Below, piece after piece: positions 59,366-64,000 of a DNA stretch of 64,000 nucleotides. Numbering within the stretch: position 1 is the first letter of the stretch; the number at the start of each line of letters is the position of its first letter. The translations under genes and the position numbers were made by a program. The notes below the pieces were generated by a model, which did not search any database, was not told where the DNA came from, and saw nothing but the letters and a program-made list of their open reading frames with translations. Source of the stretch: an uncultured Candidatus Rokubacteria bacterium (GTDB taxonomy: Bacteria; Methylomirabilota; Methylomirabilia; Rokubacteriales; DASRDR01); the NCBI GenBank assembly GCA_963708025.1, contig CAVPSB010000023.1, positions 32,001-96,000 on the forward strand. Direction: 5' to 3'.

Positions 59366-60064
59366 TCAGGGCAGGTCGAGGAGGAGCATCTCGGCGGCCC
59401 GCTCGGCCTTCACGGTGAAAGCGGGCTCGCCTTCCAGGCGGGCGGAATCGCCCGGGTCGAGGGCAACGTCCCCCACCCGGGCCGCGCCGCCGATGACGAA
59501 GAGATAGGCGCGACGGCCGGGGTCGAGCGGGTGGGTGAGCGCCTCGGCGGAGCCCAGCTTGACCCGGTAGACGGTGGCGGCCTGCCCGATCGGCAGGGCG
59601 CCCGGGTGGTCTTCCCCCGACGCCAGCGCCATCACCGGACCGCCGCCGGTGCCGTGGGGGAAGGCCCGCTGGGCCCACCGCGGCGGGACGCCCCGCTGCT
59701 CGGGGGTGATCCAGATCTGGAGCAGGTGGAGCGGGACGGTCAGCGACGGGTTCCGCTCCGCGTGCACGATCCCGGTGCCGGCCGACATCACCTGGACATC
59801 GCCGGCCTCGAGGACCCCGCGATTGCCCTGGTTGTCCTCGTGCTCGAGCGTTCCCGACAGCACCACGGTGACGATCTCCATGTCGCGATGCGGGTGCATC
59901 GGGAACCCGCTCCGCGGGCGGATCGTGTCGTCGTTGAAGACCCGGAGCGCGCCGAAGTGGGTGCGGGCGGGGTCGTAGTAGTGATCGAAGGAGAAGTGCC
60001 AGAACGCCGACAGCCAGTCGTTCTTGACGTGATACCGCTGGCTCTGGCGGTCGATCTGCACCAT
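59366..60064 (-). CDS. Pirin-family protein
   Basis: FGALRVFNDD, GFPMHPHRDMEI, MSAGTGIVHAE and LQIWI; AAGGAGG SD. Confidence 0.93.
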   Translation of the reverse strand: MVQIDRQSQRYHVKNDWLSAFWHFSFDHYYDPARTHFGALRVFNDDTIRPRSGFPMHPHRDMEIVTVVLSGTLEHEDNQGNRGVLEAGDVQVMSAGTGIVHAERNPSLTVPLHLLQIWITPEQRGVPPRWAQRAFPHGTGGGPVMALASGEDHPGALPIGQAATVYRVKLGSAEALTHPLDPGRRAYLFVIGGAARVGDVALDPGDSARLEGEPAFTVKAERAAEMLLLDLP

Positions 60065-60093
60065 GGATCCTCCTTGGGCCGACGGCGAGAGGA

Positions 60094-60477
60094 TCAGGGC
60101 GTTCGGACGGCCGAATTGACGATCGTGCCCTCGCGGTTGACCCAGAAGAGGTAGGAGCGCACGTAGACCTTCGGCGTGTGGTAGGCCTCGACCGCCATGT
60201 CGTGGGCGGCCTGGTAGGTGGTGCCGCCACGGGGCTTGGACGGGTCCTGATTGTCGAAGCCGCTCTTGGCCGTTCGCTGCTCGACTTCCTCGTAGACGAG
60301 GATCCGCAGCTCGCCGTCCGGCACCTCCCGGGTCGCCGGGCCCCAGTCCTTCTGCAGGGCGGCCGCCGGCCGGCCGACCCACCGCTTCAGGGCTTCTGGC
60401 GGGAGCCCGCTGCTGGCGCATCCAGCGACCAGCCCTAGGGCCAGGACGAGCCGGAGAATCCCGCGGGGTGCCGGCAT
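60094..60477 (-). CDS. Small hypothetical lipoprotein
   Basis: Lipobox VAGC; WVGR..WGPA..LVYE fold-like pattern. Confidence 0.65.
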   Translation of the reverse strand: MPAPRGILRLVLALGLVAGCASSGLPPEALKRWVGRPAAALQKDWGPATREVPDGELRILVYEEVEQRTAKSGFDNQDPSKPRGGTTYQAAHDMAVEAYHTPKVYVRSYLFWVNREGTIVNSAVRTP

Positions 60478-60615
60478 GGCGGTTCCATGCTACACCAGAT
60501 CGAGACCCGGCGGCTCGACCTGACGCGGCAGCCCCGATCGCGGGGACGCCCGCGTATCATGGGCCGAGGTCTCCCGGCGGCGAGCCCGGCCCGGGGGTCG
60601 TGGTGGAGGGCAAGG

Positions 60616-61347
60616 GTGGCGGAGCGGGGGGGGGGAAGGGACGGGACCGGACGCTCCACGCTCCGGGTCGCGATGGCGATCATGGCCAAGGTGCCGGCGC
60701 CGGGTCAGGTGAAGACCCGCCTCTGCCCGCCGCTCACGCCGCTCCAGGCCGCTGACCTCGCGCGCTGCTTCCTGCAGGACAAGGTCGAGCAGGTCTCCGG
60801 AATCGAATCGGCGGCGCCCCTCCTCGCCTTCACGCCGGCCGACCGGGGCGACGAGCTCGCGCGACTCCTACCCCGCCCGATGCGTCTGGTCGCGCAGACC
60901 GGTCGGGACCTCGGCGCGCGCCTGGATCGGGTGCTGACCGCCCTCCTCGCGGAGGGCCATCCCGGAGCCGTCGCCGTGGGCACCGACAGCCCGAGCCTGC
61001 CGACCGCCTACCTGCGGCAGGCCTGCGCCCACCTGCTCGACGGCAGGGCCGACGTGGTGATCGGCCCCTGCGAGGATGGCGGCTACTACCTGATCGGCCT
61101 GCGGGCTCCGGCGCCCGCGCTCTTCGAGACGATGCCGTGGAGCACGTCCGTCGTGCTCGAGGAGACGCTCGCCCGCGTCCGGCGGCTCGGCCTCCGCCTG
61201 GCGCTCCTGCCTGCCTGGTTCGACGTGGACCGGGCCGAGGACCTGGCGCGCCTGCGGGCCGGTGCCGCGCCGCCGGCGGGCGCCGGACCCGGGCCCGAGC
61301 CCTTCGCGCCCGCCCGCACCCTCGCGTTCCTTCGGGAACTTCCGTGA
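60616..61347 (+). CDS. DUF2064 / TIGR04282 CofC-like transferase
   Basis: MAKVPAPGQVKTRL, DLGARL, GTDSP, GPCEDGGYYLIG, WST and DVD motifs. Confidence 0.88.
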   Translation: MAERGGGRDGTGRSTLRVAMAIMAKVPAPGQVKTRLCPPLTPLQAADLARCFLQDKVEQVSGIESAAPLLAFTPADRGDELARLLPRPMRLVAQTGRDLGARLDRVLTALLAEGHPGAVAVGTDSPSLPTAYLRQACAHLLDGRADVVIGPCEDGGYYLIGLRAPAPALFETMPWSTSVVLEETLARVRRLGLRLALLPAWFDVDRAEDLARLRAGAAPPAGAGPGPEPFAPARTLAFLRELP

Positions 61348-61412
61348 GCGGGGAAGCGCTCCGCCGCGAAGACAGGCGGCCGAGGCGCCGTGCCGCCCCG
61401 TTGGAGGATGAA

Positions 61413-61519
61413 CTAGTGCCGTTCCAACTTGTTCTAGCCAGTGCTTTCGAGGAATGCGGTACGTCGGTGCTTCAAGAATCGCTTGTGCATTTTGGCTCAT
61501 CTAGTTGGAACGGCACTAG
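61413..61519. mobile_element. 107-bp MITE with perfect 17-bp TIRs and CTAG ends (IS630-like)
   Basis: CTAGTGCCGTTCCAACT (61413-61429) / AGTTGGAACGGCACTAG (61503-61519); AT-richer interior. Confidence 0.85.
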
Positions 61520-61809
61520 CCCGGGGGCGTTAGATCGACGGCCGCCGATGGCGGTGGCTCCGCTTCGATCCAGGACCACGGCACGGTGACGACGGTGCGG
61601 GGGGTGTCCAGCTCGATGCTGACGCGCCGCCCGGGCGCGTCCCAGCCGACGACGATCCCGGCGGCGCCGGCAGGGATCCAGACCCGGTGGGTGCTGGCGA
61701 GCGGGTTCCGCAGGCGGACCCGAGAGCCCGGCTCGACGAGGGCGGGGAGCGCCGGCGGTCGGCCGGCGAAGCGGCGGCGCAGGGCACCCAGCCAGTCCGT
61801 CAGGGGCAT
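61516..61809 (-). CDS. Small hypothetical SH3/KOW-like protein
   Basis: PGSRVRL..GAAGIVVGW..VSIEL..VPWSWI; -10 TACAGT 6 nt before the ATG. Confidence 0.55.
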   Translation of the reverse strand: MPLTDWLGALRRRFAGRPPALPALVEPGSRVRLRNPLASTHRVWIPAGAAGIVVGWDAPGRRVSIELDTPRTVVTVPWSWIEAEPPPSAAVDLTPPG

Positions 61810-62012
61810 GCGGCTACTGTAGGGAGGGCCGCGGCCTTTGGCAAGCGGCTCGCCTCCTCCGGCCCCGGGTTCCGCCGGAACAATTCGTCCCGCGCCGACG
61901 TTCACCCGGTAGACGCTCGAGGCTCTGGGAGCCGCTGATTCCGCGATGGTCGGGAGCGGCTGTGCTAGACTCGGGCCATGTTGGTCGACAGGGAATCGAA
62001 AGGAGGTGATCG

Positions 62013-62435
62013 ATGATGCGACACTCGTTGACATGGATCGTGATGGTGGCGTTCCTTCTTGGCCTGGCCGCTCCGGCGCTGGCTCAGTCGACGACGGTGC
62101 CCGCCGCTCCGGCTCCCGCGCCCGCCCCCGCGCCCGCTCAGAAGGCTCCGGCGAAGGCCGAGGTGAAGAAGGTGGAGAAGCCGAAGTCCGCGAGCGGGAC
62201 CGTGAAGACCGCGTCGGCGGACAGCCTCGTGCTCGTGGCCGGCAAGGACAAGAAGGAGTGGACGTTCGAGCTCGAAAAGGACACGAAGATCACGAAGGCC
62301 GGCAAGGCCGCGACGGCTGCGGATCTCGCCGCGGAAGACAGCGCGACGGTGACCTACACCGAGCATGACGGCAAGATGCACGCGAAGTCGGTTTCGGCGA
62401 AGCCGAAGATGGCCGCCGCCAAGCCGAAGTCGTAG
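62013..62435 (+). CDS. Secreted Lys/Ala-rich small beta-barrel (DUF5666/OB-like) protein
   Basis: AAGGAGGT SD; signal peptide ALA-Q; SGTVK..DTKI..DL..ATVTY. Confidence 0.7.
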   Translation: MMRHSLTWIVMVAFLLGLAAPALAQSTTVPAAPAPAPAPAPAQKAPAKAEVKKVEKPKSASGTVKTASADSLVLVAGKDKKEWTFELEKDTKITKAGKAATAADLAAEDSATVTYTEHDGKMHAKSVSAKPKMAAAKPKS

Positions 62436-62611
62436 CGCTCGCCCCAGGCTGCCTCCGGGCCGCTCCGGCCCGGAGGCGGCGCGGCTCGTGATCCGGCGCC
62501 GGCGCCCGGCCGATCCGGGCCTCGGTTGCTGCCGGCGCCCGCGGTGTGCTAGAAGAGTCTGGGCCGGGTTCCAGGCCGTCCCCCCGATCCCCCGATTCCA
62601 GGAGGCGCCGC

Positions 62612-63643
62612 GTGCCGAATCTCCCCGCTCCCCAGCTCGAGAACCTCGCCACCCGCATCTTCACGGCGCTCGGCGCGCCCGATGCCGACGCCCGCTGGCT
62701 CGCGACGCTGCTCGTCCGGGCGAACCTGCGCGGGCACGACTCCCACGGCGTCATCCGCATCCCGCAATACGTGGGGGCGGTGCGGCAGAACCAGATCAAT
62801 CCCCGGCCCACGCTGGAGGTCCGCCAGGACACGCCGACGACCGCGGTGGTGGACGGCGACCTGGGCTTCGGCCAGGTCGTGGCCCGTCGGGCGACCGAGG
62901 TCGCCCTCGAGAAGGCGACTCGTCACGGGTTGGCCGCGGTCGGCGTGCGGCGCGCGTACCACGTCGGGCGCCTCGCCGACTACGTGGAGCTGGCCGCCGC
63001 GCGCGGCTTCGTGGGTCTGATGTGGGCCAACGCGGCCAGCGCCGCCTCGGTCGTGCCCCACGGCGGCGTCGACCGCCGGCTCTCCACGAACCCGCTGGCG
63101 GTGGCCGTCCCGGGTCCGAATGGCGGGATCGCGCTGTCGGTTGACATGGCGACGAGCGTCGTGGCCGAGGGCAAGGTGCGCGTGAAGCGCAACCGGAAGG
63201 AGCCGCTGCCGGCCGGCTGGGCCATCGACCCCGAGGGCCGTCCCGTCACCGACTCCACGGCCTTCTACGGTCCGCCGCGCGCGGGCCTGCTGCCGATGGC
63301 GGGGCACAAGGGGACGGCGCTCGCCTTGGTGGTGGAAGTCATGGGCGGCATCCTCTCCGGCGCCGGCGTCATCGGGGGGCCGCCGGCTCCCGGCATCAAC
63401 GGGTGCCTCGTCCTCCTCGTCGAGATCGAGCGGTTCCTCCCGCTCGCCGAGTTCACCCGCCAGGTGCAGGAGCTGGCCGGCTTCGTGACCTCCTCGAAGC
63501 CGGCGGCCGGGTCGAGCGGCGTCATGGTGCCGGGCGAGCCCGAAGCGCGAATGGAGCGGGAGCGCGGCGCCCACGGGATCCCGGTCGAGGACGAGACCTG
63601 GCGACAGATCGAGGTGATCGCCGCCGAGCTCGGGGTCGGGTGA
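62612..63643 (+). CDS. Ldh_2-family (type 2 malate/lactate) oxidoreductase
   Basis: ANLRGHDSHG, HVGRL, TNP, DMATS..GK, HKG and PGE motifs. Confidence 0.92.
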   Translation: MPNLPAPQLENLATRIFTALGAPDADARWLATLLVRANLRGHDSHGVIRIPQYVGAVRQNQINPRPTLEVRQDTPTTAVVDGDLGFGQVVARRATEVALEKATRHGLAAVGVRRAYHVGRLADYVELAAARGFVGLMWANAASAASVVPHGGVDRRLSTNPLAVAVPGPNGGIALSVDMATSVVAEGKVRVKRNRKEPLPAGWAIDPEGRPVTDSTAFYGPPRAGLLPMAGHKGTALALVVEVMGGILSGAGVIGGPPAPGINGCLVLLVEIERFLPLAEFTRQVQELAGFVTSSKPAAGSSGVMVPGEPEARMERERGAHGIPVEDETWRQIEVIAAELGVG

Positions 63644-64000
63644 GCGGGGACCTCGTGGACCTCCACACCTTCTCGATCGCCGCGCGGGACGCCGCCACCG
63701 GCGACACCGGGGTGGCCGTCGCCACCGCCCGGCCGGCGGTCGGCGCGCTGGTGCCGTGGGTGTCGCGGCGGGGCGCGATCGCGACCCAGGCGCGCGTCAA
63801 CACGGACCTCGGCCGCCAGGGCCTGGCCCTCGTCGAGGCCGGGGTGCCGGTCGGGGTCGCGCTGGCCGGTCTGCTCGCGGGCGATGCCGAGCGGGAGATC
63901 CGCCAGGTGCACGGGGTGGATTCACAGGGAGCATTCGCCCACACCGGCGCCCGCTGCGTCGAGTGGTGCGGACACCGGATCGCCGGCGACGGCGTCACCG
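63640..64000 (+). CDS. DUF1028-family (Ntn-hydrolase-like) protein, 3' truncated by window edge
   Basis: Read by hand from GTG 63640: HTFSIAARD..GVAVAT..VGALVPW..GAIATQA..RQVHGVD..AHTG. Confidence 0.85.
   Translation, partial: MSGDLVDLHTFSIAARDAATGDTGVAVATARPAVGALVPWVSRRGAIATQARVNTDLGRQGLALVEAGVPVGVALAGLLAGDAEREIRQVHGVDSQGAFAHTGARCVEWCGHRIAGDGVT

Overview
High-GC chromosomal window of a Gram-negative bacterium. The gene style is compatible with Candidatus Rokubacteria/Methylomirabilota, but that is an unverified inference. Most genes are core or metabolic: ppiD, purM, greA, rlpA, typA, a cyclophilin, an interleaved tungstate+molybdate ABC operon (regulator-tupA-tupB-modA-modB-modC-tupC), moaC-acuC-tmk-holB-ricT-metG-tatD, hisC, a NitT/TauT-type ABC system with tandem Tat-exported binding proteins, glnD, pgsA, slt and an oxidoreductase-SelD fusion. 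Accessory content includes a lower-GC AbiE-type toxin-antitoxin islet with two palindromic operators and a stand-alone DGQHR protein. The most distinctive signal is non-coding. At least four families of short modular palindromic repeats (about 20 copies or fragments) sit at stop/start junctions inside operons. They duplicate the ATGA coupling motif, often end in a G-rich or GGAGG motif followed by a start codon, are sometimes translated in frame, and show compensatory base changes and C-GNA-G triloops. Other signals are two kinds of TIR-bounded MITE, an exact 15-bp direct repeat bracketing selD, a promoter-leader-terminator RNA candidate, frequent leaderless promoters and three genes with large deletions. 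Several single-base frameshifts may be long-read errors. No tRNA, rRNA, CRISPR array, integrase or transposase was recognised.
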